This document shows positions 41,679 to 50,568 of a stretch of DNA of 50,728 nt, piece after piece. The stretch comes from Kiritimatiellia bacterium. Its GTDB lineage: Bacteria > Verrucomicrobiota > Kiritimatiellia > SLAD01. The stretch covers positions 1 through 50,728 of the forward strand of contig SLCI01000004.1 of NCBI GenBank assembly GCA_007125875.1, written 5' to 3'. The translations under genes and the position numbers were made by a program. The notes beneath the pieces were generated by a model that saw only the letters and a program-made list of their open reading frames with translations, made no database searches and was not told where the DNA came from. The stretch's first letter is position 1. Every line of letters begins with the position of its first letter.

Positions 41679-43666
41679 GGTAGCTCTCCGTGCATATGTC
41701 CAAATGTGTCCACGGTGACATGCCAGTCTTTTGGCAACCAGGTAGTCGCAAAAGATTCTACCAGAAGTGCGGGGCCAGTCACTTTGTGACCCGCTAAGAG
41801 CTCATCGCGATCATAGATCGGGTGCCCCTGATGTGAGCCAATCTTTGCTCTATTCGGGGAGCGGCGGCCGCTGGCGATCGTTTGCGCCTTTGGTTTAGTC
41901 ACCTTACCTCGTACACGGATGCGTACCGTTACCCATTCAATCGGAGTGCCTTCTGCGGCGTGTCCATAGCGCTCCCGGTGCCGCGCATGGAAAGCGGTTT
42001 CTGTTGTTGCGACAACCTTCTCCCAGTCATCATCCAGGGTAAGCGGGATTGGCAATTCGAAGGATTGTCCAGCATAGCGAAGATCGACGCGATGTTCCCA
42101 GTGACAGGCTGTTTCCGCAAAGCCTTCCGTGCGCATTGCTCGCGTTGCTTCTTTTGTCATGGCGTCGAGTGCGCGGTGGATTGTTTTTTTAGCGCGTCGC
42201 GGATCGCGGCACATGACGGTGCGAGAGTAATCCTTCATCACGTCCATCGACAGGGTGCCCCAAGCCGACAGCACACCCGGATGACGCGGAATCAGTACGC
42301 GCGGTATATGCAAGGCCTCGGCCACCTCAAACGCGTGAAGACCACCAGCGCCACCGAACGAAAGCAGAGTGAAGTGCCGCGGATCATAGCCGCGCTCAAC
42401 CGATATCACTCGAATGGCACGCTCCATGTTGGCATTCACGATGCGCACGATTGCACTTGCAGCGGACGGGATATCGGTGCCCATGGATTTCGCCACGCTG
42501 GATAATGCCGCTTGTGACCGATCCACATGCAACGCCTTTTTCCCGCCTAAAAAATGTGCCGGTACAATGCGACCTAGCACGACATTTGCGTCCGTCACCG
42601 AAGCATGTAAGGCCTTGCCATAACATGCTGGACCGGGATCTGCGCCAACGCTCTCGGGGCCGACCAATAGCGCGCCACCTGCATCGATACGAGCGATGGA
42701 TCCGCCACCTGCGCCCACCGTGTGAATGTCGATCATTGGCACGCGCGCCGGATACCCCGCAATGTCCATTTCCGTCGTTGTCGCAATTTCGCCATTCAGT
42801 AAGGCCACATCGGTTGATGTGCCCCCCATATCAAACGTGATGCAGTTGGGGTGTTCGGTAGACAACGCTTGTTGAGCACACGCGAACGCGCCAGCGACGC
42901 CCGCGGCCGGGCCGGAGAGTAACGTGTGGACGGCCGTGTCTCCGGCCGCGCGCGCAGATAGGCTGCCGCCATTGGATTGCACGATGCGTAACCGTTCCGC
43001 ACCACGCCGCTTCACCTGTTGCGCGATCCGTTTAATGTAGCGCCGCATAATCGGCGAGACACAGGCATTGATCACTGTGGTGCTCGTACGCTCATATTCT
43101 CGAAATTCGGGCAGGATTTCGGAGGAAAGGGAAACGGAAAATCCGCGTTTCCGGGCGAGTCGAGCAATCGTTTTTTCATGTTCCGGGCGCAGAAAAGAGA
43201 ACAACAGGCAGACCGCCAAAGTGTCAATCCCTTGCGTCTGCCAGCGTTTGAGCTGCTCGTCGACCGCTGACTCCGTAAACGTCTGAAGCACTTCACCTTC
43301 CGCGCTGATTCGTTCGTTTACCTCGCGGCGAAGTGAACGCGGAATGAGCGGTACCTGTTGTGCCGCATGCAAGTCGTATAAGGCGGGACGCTGCTGACGA
43401 CCGATCGCCAGTACATCACGACAACCGCGCGTCGTGAGCAGCGCCACACGGGCCACTTTACCTTCCAATAACGCGTTGGTGGCTACGGTGCTGGCATGTA
43501 CCAAGGTGAAGGAATGCGAGGCATCCCCGAGCGCTTGGTCAATCGCATCCGAAACGCCCCGCGCAAAATCGTCAGGCGTGGAGGGCACTTTGACGGTGCG
43601 TAAAGTGCGTCCGTCATAGAGCACCAAATCCGTGAAGGTCCCGCCGGTATCTATTCCAATCAACAT
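41675..43666 (-). CDS. hyuA: Hydantoinase A / oxoprolinase family protein (ATP-hydrolysing subunit)
   Basis: MLIGIDTGGTFTDLVL (ASKHA-fold N-terminus), FDMGGTSTDV, GGAGGLH. ATG 43666 is preferred over the ORF-track start at 43720 (663 aa). Confidence 0.9.
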   Translation of the reverse strand: MLIGIDTGGTFTDLVLYDGRTLRTVKVPSTPDDFARGVSDAIDQALGDASHSFTLVHASTVATNALLEGKVARVALLTTRGCRDVLAIGRQQRPALYDLHAAQQVPLIPRSLRREVNERISAEGEVLQTFTESAVDEQLKRWQTQGIDTLAVCLLFSFLRPEHEKTIARLARKRGFSVSLSSEILPEFREYERTSTTVINACVSPIMRRYIKRIAQQVKRRGAERLRIVQSNGGSLSARAAGDTAVHTLLSGPAAGVAGAFACAQQALSTEHPNCITFDMGGTSTDVALLNGEIATTTEMDIAGYPARVPMIDIHTVGAGGGSIARIDAGGALLVGPESVGADPGPACYGKALHASVTDANVVLGRIVPAHFLGGKKALHVDRSQAALSSVAKSMGTDIPSAASAIVRIVNANMERAIRVISVERGYDPRHFTLLSFGGAGGLHAFEVAEALHIPRVLIPRHPGVLSAWGTLSMDVMKDYSRTVMCRDPRRAKKTIHRALDAMTKEATRAMRTEGFAETACHWEHRVDLRYAGQSFELPIPLTLDDDWEKVVATTETAFHARHRERYGHAAEGTPIEWVTVRIRVRGKVTKPKAQTIASGRRSPNRAKIGSHQGHPIYDRDELLAGHKVTGPALLVESFATTWLPKDWHVTVDTFGHMHGELP

Positions 43667-43837
43667 GAGTGCAAGTTGTACGCTGTTCGGGCAGACAAGA
43701 AAAGTCCAAGGCCGAATCAATGATTGCGTACTTGCGCTTTAACCGTTGAGTCGCTAATTTTTTACGCCTTTGCACAGTAGGGGAGGGTAAGCATATCCCC
43801 GAGTTGAACACGGGCGACCCAATACAAGGAGGGTTTC

Positions 43838-45334
43838 ATGAGTGATGATTCGATTCTGCATGATTTGACACCGGAACAACGATTGGCCATCGAGTCCAGT
43901 CCCTATAGCAATGATGATCTGGCTCCCGTGCCCGCCTCCGAGCGCACATGGAGCATGGTGAACATCGCGCACCTTTGGGTCGGCATGTCTGTTTGTATCC
44001 CGACCTACATGTTGGCGAGTGGCCTGATCGAGATCGGGATGAATTGGTGGCAGGCTATTCTGACGGTCGCGCTAGGAAACCTGATCGTCTATATCCCGAT
44101 GCTGCTCAACGGGCACGCCGGCACCAAGTATGGCATTACCTTCCCGATTTTCGCTCGCGCCTCTTTTGGTATTTTCGGGACCCATATTGCCTCCGTCCTG
44201 CGCGCCGTGGTGGGGTGCGGTTGGTTTGGTATACAAGCGTGGATTGGTGGCTATGCGATCTATAGTCTCAGCCTCTTAGCGTTCCCGGGCATGGCCGATG
44301 CGCCGGTGATTGGCATGTTGAGCAATGACCTGGTGCAGGTAAATGTGGCGCAGTTCGGTTGTTTCCTGCTCTTCTGGGCGATCAACATCGGGTTGTTCTT
44401 GTGGAAGGGCATGGACAGCATCAAGTACATTGAGCATTGGGGCGCCCCCCTGTTGATCGCGATGGGGGTTGCGTTGTTGGTGTGGGCATGGAAGAACGCC
44501 GATGGGTTCGGACCTATGCTGTCGCAGCCGGATCGCTTCGAGACGCGGGGCGACTTTTGGCGCGCCTTCTTCCCAGGCTTAACCGCGATGGTTGGCTTTT
44601 GGGCGACGCTCTCCCTGAATATACCCGATTTTACGCGGTATGCTCGATCTCAGCGTGATCAGATGTTGGGACAATTTCTAGGACTTAATACCACCATGCC
44701 GTTCTATGCCTTTGTGGGGGTGGCCGTAACCAGTGCCACAATCGTGATTTTTGGTGAAGCGATTTGGAACCCCGTCGATCTGCTTGCGCGCTTCGACAAT
44801 TTTGCGCTGATCCTGATTTCGATGTTCGCGCTCGCCTTGGCCACGTTAACGACGAACATGGCGGCGAACATGGTGGCGCCGGCGACAGCGTTTACCAATT
44901 TCCTGCCTCGCTTGATCAGCTTGCGTGGTGGGGCCTTGATCACGGGTATCATCGGCATCATCATCATGCCCTGGAAGTTGTTGGCTGATCCCGGTGGATA
45001 CATTTTCACTTGGTTGATCGGATACTCTGCCTTACTCGGTCCAATTGGCGGCATTTTGGTTTGCGATTATTTCTTTGTGCGCCGCACGCGCATGACGTTG
45101 GCGGCGCTGTATGAGCGGGAAGGAGAGTATACCTATACGAATGGCTTCAACCTGAGCGCGATGATTGCGCTGGCTGTAGCTATAGCGCCGAACATCCCCG
45201 GATTTCTTCATCAGATTCGGGTGATCGAAGTGGCGCCGATCTGGAGCACGCTCTACAGCTACGCGTGGTTTATCGGATTCGGTGTGGCCTTCGCAGTGTA
45301 TGCCGTCTTGATGGCGAGAGCGAAGCGCGCTTAA
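43838..45334 (+). CDS. NCS1-family nucleobase/hydantoin/allantoin:cation symporter
   Basis: 498 aa, about 12 TM. N-terminal SNDDLAPVPASERTWS..., then WVGMSVCIPTYMLAS and GHAGTKYGITFPIFARASFG, typical of NCS1 (Mhp1/PucI-like). AAGGAGG upstream. Divergent from hyuA. Confidence 0.88.
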   Translation: MSDDSILHDLTPEQRLAIESSPYSNDDLAPVPASERTWSMVNIAHLWVGMSVCIPTYMLASGLIEIGMNWWQAILTVALGNLIVYIPMLLNGHAGTKYGITFPIFARASFGIFGTHIASVLRAVVGCGWFGIQAWIGGYAIYSLSLLAFPGMADAPVIGMLSNDLVQVNVAQFGCFLLFWAINIGLFLWKGMDSIKYIEHWGAPLLIAMGVALLVWAWKNADGFGPMLSQPDRFETRGDFWRAFFPGLTAMVGFWATLSLNIPDFTRYARSQRDQMLGQFLGLNTTMPFYAFVGVAVTSATIVIFGEAIWNPVDLLARFDNFALILISMFALALATLTTNMAANMVAPATAFTNFLPRLISLRGGALITGIIGIIIMPWKLLADPGGYIFTWLIGYSALLGPIGGILVCDYFFVRRTRMTLAALYEREGEYTYTNGFNLSAMIALAVAIAPNIPGFLHQIRVIEVAPIWSTLYSYAWFIGFGVAFAVYAVLMARAKRA

Positions 45335-45352
45335 GCCCACGGAAACTTTTCG

Positions 45353-46189
45353 CTATGCGTGTCGTCGACTAAAGATCAGCACGATAACAAAAAGGGCGGT
45401 GCAGGTGAGGACAATCGCAGCGCCTGATGCGATGCCTGCGTAGAATGAGGCATAGAGACCTGCGACCCCTGAGATGGCACCAATCAGCGCGGATAACGCC
45501 ATCATCGTTGGCAATCGGCGCGTTAGTAAGAAGGCCGTGGCGGGTGGCGTAATCAGCATCGCCAGCATCAACGCTACACCCACTGTTTGTAATGCCGTTA
45601 CAATGGTGATGGCGATCAGCACCAGCAGGCTGTAGTAGAGCGTTGTGGTCGGTAGCCGTAATGTGCGAGCAAGCGTTTCATCGAAGGATAATACGAGATA
45701 CTCTTTGTAAAAGGCTAACAGGATACCGACGACGATCACACCGGACAGTCCGGTCCACAGGAGGTCGAGCCACGATACACCCAAGACGTCGCCAAACAGG
45801 AAATGCATCAGGTCGACGGAATAGCTGCTACCCATAGAAATTAGCGCTACACCTAAGGCAAACATCCCTGCAAAGATTATACCGATAGCGGTATCCTCCT
45901 TTAAGCGGCCGGATCGCGTGATCGCACCAATCGCGATGGCCACAAAGATTGCTGTTCCCATTGCCCAGATAAAAAGTGGCCCGCGTGCGCCGCCACCAAT
46001 CAGGTAGCCGATCGCCAGCCCGGGTAAAATGGAATGCGACATGGCGTCGCCGAAGAATGCCATGCCACGGAGAACCACAAAGCAACCGACGATGCCACAA
46101 ATTACGCCAACAATCAGCGCCGCCACCAAGCCGCGTACCATAAAAGGGTACTGCATCGGCTGCCATAAGAAGTCGATCCACTCAGGCAT
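45353..46189 (-). CDS. znuB: Metal ABC transporter permease (ABC-3 family, ZnuB-like)
   Basis: 278 aa, polytopic; FMVRGLVAALIVG..GCFVVLRGMAFFGDAMSHSILPG. 8-nt overlap with the znuC stop. Confidence 0.88.
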   Translation of the reverse strand: MPEWIDFLWQPMQYPFMVRGLVAALIVGVICGIVGCFVVLRGMAFFGDAMSHSILPGLAIGYLIGGGARGPLFIWAMGTAIFVAIAIGAITRSGRLKEDTAIGIIFAGMFALGVALISMGSSYSVDLMHFLFGDVLGVSWLDLLWTGLSGVIVVGILLAFYKEYLVLSFDETLARTLRLPTTTLYYSLLVLIAITIVTALQTVGVALMLAMLITPPATAFLLTRRLPTMMALSALIGAISGVAGLYASFYAGIASGAAIVLTCTALFVIVLIFSRRHA

Positions 46190-47036
46190 TGTCGGCTGTA
46201 CCTCCGCCGCAACATGAATCGCTTAAAATCAAGGTCCCGCTCTGTGTCTCGATCAGGCGTAAATGGCCCCCATAGGCTTGCTTCAATTGTTCCGGTTGAA
46301 AGACATCCGCAGGTCGTCCAAAGCCGATTAAAGAGCGATTCAGCAGCATGACTTGATCAAATCGGGCCGCAGCATCATCTAAATCATGGGTCGAGACCAG
46401 CACGGTCACTTGTCGTTCTTTCAACTGCTCAAGAATGCCGTAGATTTCGGTTTGCGATGGCGCGTCGCAGGCCGTCATCACCTCGTCCATCAGCATCAGT
46501 TCAGCTTCCTGTGCCAGCGCGCGTGCAATGAACATGCGTTGTTGTTCGCCACCGGAAAGCGCGCGGATCGGGCGATCGGCCAGTGCTTCGAGGCGCACTA
46601 GCCGGAGACACTCCTGAACCCACTCTCGATCGGCTTCGTGTGGTCGCCGAAACCAGCCCAGCCGTCCAACGCGTCCCATCATCACCACGTCCTTCACGGT
46701 AACCGGAAAAGACCAATCGATTTGGCTGCGCTGGGGCAGGTACGCGATGCAAATGTGGCCCGATGGCTGCGAGCCGCCGATGCGGACCAGCCCTTCGGAT
46801 GCTGGAATGACTGCCGCGATCGCTTTGAACAGCGTACTCTTGCCCGCTCCATTGGGACCAATGACTGCGACTTGATCCCCTTTCTGGAGCGTGAATGAAA
46901 CCGTGTCGATCGCCGTGCTGTCGCCGTATCGAATGGTCAGTTGATCCACCGTCAAAATCGGGGCATTGACGGCGTGAGGCATCTCGCGCCCCGTTTTTAT
47001 GCTCGGTGGACTAGTTTGCGCAGTACTGCCTGACAT
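46182..47036 (-). CDS. znuC: Metal ABC transporter ATP-binding protein (ZnuC-like)
   Basis: 284 aa; Walker A GPNGAGKST, signature LSGGEQQR, Walker B LMLMDE. ATG 47036 lies 1 nt after the znuA stop; ATG 46982 is an alternative start. Confidence 0.9.
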   Translation of the reverse strand: MSGSTAQTSPPSIKTGREMPHAVNAPILTVDQLTIRYGDSTAIDTVSFTLQKGDQVAVIGPNGAGKSTLFKAIAAVIPASEGLVRIGGSQPSGHICIAYLPQRSQIDWSFPVTVKDVVMMGRVGRLGWFRRPHEADREWVQECLRLVRLEALADRPIRALSGGEQQRMFIARALAQEAELMLMDEVMTACDAPSQTEIYGILEQLKERQVTVLVSTHDLDDAAARFDQVMLLNRSLIGFGRPADVFQPEQLKQAYGGHLRLIETQSGTLILSDSCCGGGTADNA

Positions 47037-47037
47037 G

Positions 47038-48015
47038 CTAATTCAGCCCACTCAAGTACTGGATTATCGTGCCGATATTATGCCGCATGTAGGACAAGTA
47101 ATCAGGGGCAGGACCATCAGCATCCGTTAGCGACTCTAATGGTAGCACGACCAATTCAACTCCGGCATCGCGGGCCAGTTGTCGTGCGACGGCATGGTTG
47201 CTGGATTCTCCCACAAAGATCGCGGGCACTTCATGGGCAGCGATCTGATCCACTAACTGCGCCAACGTTCGGGCCGCGGGCTGAGATGACGTGTCGAACG
47301 AGGGGATAATCACACCTGCTTGATGAAAATCGTAACGTGATGCGAAGTGACCCATCATTTTGTGATCCGTAACCAGCTTGCGTCGTTCCTGCGGGACTTG
47401 TTCAGCGCGTTGCGTAATCCAAGCATCCAGCTCACGTAGGGATTCCTGATAGGCTGCCGCGCGTTGCTCGAAGACCATCTGGTTCTCTGGTTGCAATTCA
47501 CTGAGCGCCTGCGCAATGGTGTCAGCCCAAATCATTACATTATGCGGATCCATCCAAAAATGCGGATCCACCGCGCCATGGTGATGGTGATGGTCGTGGT
47601 CATGATGATGGTGGCCGTGGTGGTGATGGTCGTGTGCGTCATGCTCGTGGTCGCAGATCTCTTCTTGCCCGGGCATGGCGTCCGAGAGAGCGATCATGCG
47701 GTTGCGATCACGCACACTGTCAATTAAGCGGCCAAGATTTCCTTCCAGACCTGCCCCGTTGACAAATAACAGATTGGCCCGCGCGGCTAGCGCCATGTCG
47801 GCGGGACGAAAGATGACCGTGTGCGGATCCGAACCGGCAGGTATGAGGACGTCGAGCCGAATGTCATTTGCCCCGATGTTAGACACGATATCGCCGATGA
47901 TCGATGTCGTTACAACGACGCGTGGTAGATCATTGCCGACCAGGGGTTCCTCAACCCGCTGGCAAGACACTGCGGTAAGGAACGCTAAAATAGCTATGAA
48001 ACTGAATTTCAACAT
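47038..48015 (-). CDS. znuA: Periplasmic zinc-binding lipoprotein, ZnuA-like (cluster A-I SBP) with His-rich loop
   Basis: MLKFSFIAILAFLTAVSC lipoprotein-like signal; metal ligands in the contexts DPH..., DPHFWMDP and later D; 25-residue HEHDAHDHHHHGHHHHDHDHHHHHG loop. The ORF-track start at 48051 is a TTG; ATG 48015 is preferred but uncertain. Confidence 0.88.
   Translation of the reverse strand: MLKFSFIAILAFLTAVSCQRVEEPLVGNDLPRVVVTTSIIGDIVSNIGANDIRLDVLIPAGSDPHTVIFRPADMALAARANLLFVNGAGLEGNLGRLIDSVRDRNRMIALSDAMPGQEEICDHEHDAHDHHHHGHHHHDHDHHHHHGAVDPHFWMDPHNVMIWADTIAQALSELQPENQMVFEQRAAAYQESLRELDAWITQRAEQVPQERRKLVTDHKMMGHFASRYDFHQAGVIIPSFDTSSQPAARTLAQLVDQIAAHEVPAIFVGESSNHAVARQLARDAGVELVVLPLESLTDADGPAPDYLSYMRHNIGTIIQYLSGLN
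47578..47652 (-). repeat. Low-complexity CAY/GAY codon run encoding the ZnuA His/Asp-rich loop
   Basis: The + strand reads ATGGTGATGGTGATGGTCGTGGTCATGATGATGGTG..., which encodes DHEHDAHDHHHHGHHHHDHDHHHHH on the minus strand. Confidence 0.85.
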
Positions 48016-48058
48016 GGGGGGATTTATACGAGCTGCCCTCAAAAGAGACAAGGCTTTG

Positions 48059-48076
48059 TTGATATTTCGATATCAA
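48059..48076. promoter_or_regulatory. 7-4-7 perfect-arm palindrome TTGATAT-ttcg-ATATCAA upstream of znuA; candidate Fur/Zur-family operator
   Basis: Read directly from the sequence. The arms resemble Fur-family TGATAAT/ATTATCA half-sites. It is the only strong palindrome in the STAS-znuA intergenic region. Confidence 0.4.
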
Positions 48077-48110
48077 TAATTGGCCGGTGCTTGTGCCGGA
48101 TAGCGGTCGG

Positions 48111-48458
48111 CTATTCGCCAAATTTGGCCAGCGCCTCGTCGATATTGCCATGAATCTCGAGGATTTTATGAAATCCGAGCAACTCGACGATGTTGTAGAT
48201 TTTGGGGGACAGATTCACGAGGCGTAAATCGCCTTGATGTTCGCGGGCGCGCCGAGCGAATCCGATTAAGGCACCTAGGGAGGCGCTGCTGATGTACTCA
48301 AGACCGCTGCAGTCCAGTATTACACGATGACGCTGGCCATCGCGTAATCCGTTAAGTGTCGACTCAAGTCGCGGAAAGGAGTGCGAATCCAGCGCACCGT
48401 CCAGCCGGACGATGTCAAGGTTGTCACGCTCTTCTCGTTTGATTTCACATTCGCGCAT
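48111..48458 (-). CDS. STAS-domain anti-sigma-factor antagonist (RsbV/SpoIIAA-like)
   Basis: 115 aa; ILDCSGLEYISSASLGALIG carries the conserved phosphorylatable Ser context; C-terminal VELLGFHKILEI. Confidence 0.88.
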   Translation of the reverse strand: MRECEIKREERDNLDIVRLDGALDSHSFPRLESTLNGLRDGQRHRVILDCSGLEYISSASLGALIGFARRAREHQGDLRLVNLSPKIYNIVELLGFHKILEIHGNIDEALAKFGE

Positions 48459-48473
48459 ATTGATAGCTCCATC

Positions 48474-49952
48474 TCAGAGAGTAGATTTATAATCGTGAGC
48501 GACCTGCAAGGCAAGCAAAGTCATATCATCATACTGGGCGATGCCGCCCACAAATCGCTCGAGCTGATGTTGGACCGTGTTGATTACCGCATGCGCACCA
48601 TTCGGCGCCGCTTGATGAATGGTTTCAAATAATTGGTCCGCGCCCCACTCATCGCCTTGCCCATTTAACGCCTCGGTGACGCCATCCGTATAGGCCACCA
48701 ATGTGTCTCCCGGTGACAGTACAATCGATGTCTCGGTCAGAAGCGTGTCGAACCCATCGCGATCGGCCATGCCGAGCGCGACACCAGCAGAGTCGATGAT
48801 CTGGCAGTGTTTGTCATGGGACTGCACCAGAATCGGACGTTCATGGCCCGCGCGCGCAACGCGCAATTCAAGCGTTTGAGTGTTCAGTACCATATACAGC
48901 ATGCTGACAAACATATCCTCTGCAATGTCTTCGAACATGATTCGGTTTACGCCTTTCAACACCTCGGTCGGGTCAGTGCTCATTGTCGCTTGCGCCCGCA
49001 ATACGCTACGGCTGATCGACATCATAATTGCGCCAACGATGCCCTTGCCGGACACGTCCGCAATGGCGATCCCAATATGATCGTCATCGATATGGATGAA
49101 GTCGTAATAGTCGCCGCCAATCTCTTGCGCCGAGTGTGTGAAAGCGGCCATCTCAAGTCCCGGCAGCCGGGGAATGGCACGGGGCAACAGCGCCGTTTGG
49201 ATTTGTCGCGCCACATTGAGGTCGTGATCTATGCGCTGCTTTTCGTTTAGCGAGTCACGTAATCCAGCATAATGAACAGAGACCGAAGCTTGATCAGCTA
49301 GGGCTTGCAGTAAGCTCAGATCGGCTTGAATGAAAGGGCGCGCATCGACTCGGTTCACAACCACTATCACGCCGAGAATCTTTTGCAAAAACCGCATCGG
49401 CACCAGCAGGATGGAGTGGATCTTCAGGAAATCGAGTTGATATGTCGGCACGCGTGGATCTCGCGCAGCGTCCTCTATCAGAATGGGGGTCCCAAAGTCT
49501 GCGGTTTCGCCGATCAAGCCTTCGCCCCGTGCCACCCGTTGACTGCGCACCAGCTGTTCCACAGCTTGCGATTTGCTGACCGCTGTGGACACGGCGGATT
49601 CTACTGAGCCGGTTAATGGCGGGAAGATACCGCTGACCGAACGCGCCCGAAATAAGCCTTCGCTCTTATCAAACAGATAGATCGCACCAGCGCTCGCTTT
49701 CGTGGTACGCACCGCATAGAAGAGTACTCGATCCAGCATGCGCTCGAGATCGATGTTTTCGCTATGCGCGAAGACGTCGCCGACGTCATGAATGAAGCCG
49801 AAGATGACGTCCTTTTGATGAATCAGTTCGTCGCGCTCATGGCGTAAGCGGCGGATAGCGGTAATGGCAAAAAAGAGCGCCGCCGAGAAGATCGCAAGCA
49901 GAACGAAAAGCAGGGAAGCTAGGGTCGCACCACTGGCGGGTTCCGGTGTCAT
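48474..49952 (-). CDS. Membrane-anchored GAF-domain PP2C (SpoIIE/RsbU-type) serine phosphatase
   Basis: 492 aa; one N-terminal TM (LASLLFVLLAIFSAALFFAITAI); a GAF-like middle region; PP2C motifs ARQIQTALLP, GGDYYDF, ADVSGKG, YTDGVTEA, DDMTLLAL. Confidence 0.9.
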   Translation of the reverse strand: MTPEPASGATLASLLFVLLAIFSAALFFAITAIRRLRHERDELIHQKDVIFGFIHDVGDVFAHSENIDLERMLDRVLFYAVRTTKASAGAIYLFDKSEGLFRARSVSGIFPPLTGSVESAVSTAVSKSQAVEQLVRSQRVARGEGLIGETADFGTPILIEDAARDPRVPTYQLDFLKIHSILLVPMRFLQKILGVIVVVNRVDARPFIQADLSLLQALADQASVSVHYAGLRDSLNEKQRIDHDLNVARQIQTALLPRAIPRLPGLEMAAFTHSAQEIGGDYYDFIHIDDDHIGIAIADVSGKGIVGAIMMSISRSVLRAQATMSTDPTEVLKGVNRIMFEDIAEDMFVSMLYMVLNTQTLELRVARAGHERPILVQSHDKHCQIIDSAGVALGMADRDGFDTLLTETSIVLSPGDTLVAYTDGVTEALNGQGDEWGADQLFETIHQAAPNGAHAVINTVQHQLERFVGGIAQYDDMTLLALQVAHDYKSTL

Positions 49953-50521
49953 TCGGAATCTTGTGTCAGTTCACTGGCAGGTTGATTGGCTTTCTTGATG
50001 TCTTCTCGCAGGAAGGTTAGGACATCACGAAAGCGGGGTAGATTTTCGGCGGAAGCTTCGACGAGGTTTTCATGCGCTTCCAACATGAGCTCCGCCGTTT
50101 CATTTCTGGGGCCGCTCTCAGGCTTCAGCGTTTCAAGTGTGCCGCCTTGATGTTCCAGAATGGAGCTAAACTCAGGCGGAGTAGCACCTTGCATCGCGGT
50201 GTCGACCAGCTGATCCAAGCCGAGCGTAGACAGGAGGCCTCGTGTACGAGAGGACAAGTTCACCATGTGAATCCGTCCTTCATTCGTTTTCTTGAGGCGA
50301 AAGGCTAAACCTGCGATGACGCCCATGAAGGTGCTATCCATGCCCACACAGTCGGTCATATCGATGACAATTCTGTCGGCACCATTCTCGATGCAGGTCA
50401 CACCAAACTGTTTAAGCGCTTTGCTGATCTTGAACGAGCCACGATCGCGCAACCGTACATAGGCGGTTTGATCTACAACCGCTACTAATAATTGCTCTCC
50501 CGCCTTATCCGAATCAGCCAT
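49949..50521 (-). CDS. STAS-domain protein with ~80-aa C-terminal helical extension
   Basis: 190 aa. Residues ~10-110 are STAS-like (RIVIDMTDCVGMDSTFMGVIAGL..., RTRGLLSTLGLDQL). The C-terminal ~80 aa match no family I recognise. ATGA overlap with the phosphatase start. Confidence 0.75.
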   Translation of the reverse strand: MADSDKAGEQLLVAVVDQTAYVRLRDRGSFKISKALKQFGVTCIENGADRIVIDMTDCVGMDSTFMGVIAGLAFRLKKTNEGRIHMVNLSSRTRGLLSTLGLDQLVDTAMQGATPPEFSSILEHQGGTLETLKPESGPRNETAELMLEAHENLVEASAENLPRFRDVLTFLREDIKKANQPASELTQDSE

Positions 50522-50568
50522 TACCGTCCCCTGCCTGCTTTGTTAACGCAACAACGCGTAACAGGAAA

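Noticed and set aside
47464-47727. 87-aa + strand ORF with a striking Val/Met run (VMVMVVVMMMVAVVVMVVCVMLVV) that could pass for a membrane peptide.
   Set aside because: It is the exact antisense image of the ZnuA His/Asp-rich loop codons (CAY/GAY read as RTG/RTC), so it is an artefact.
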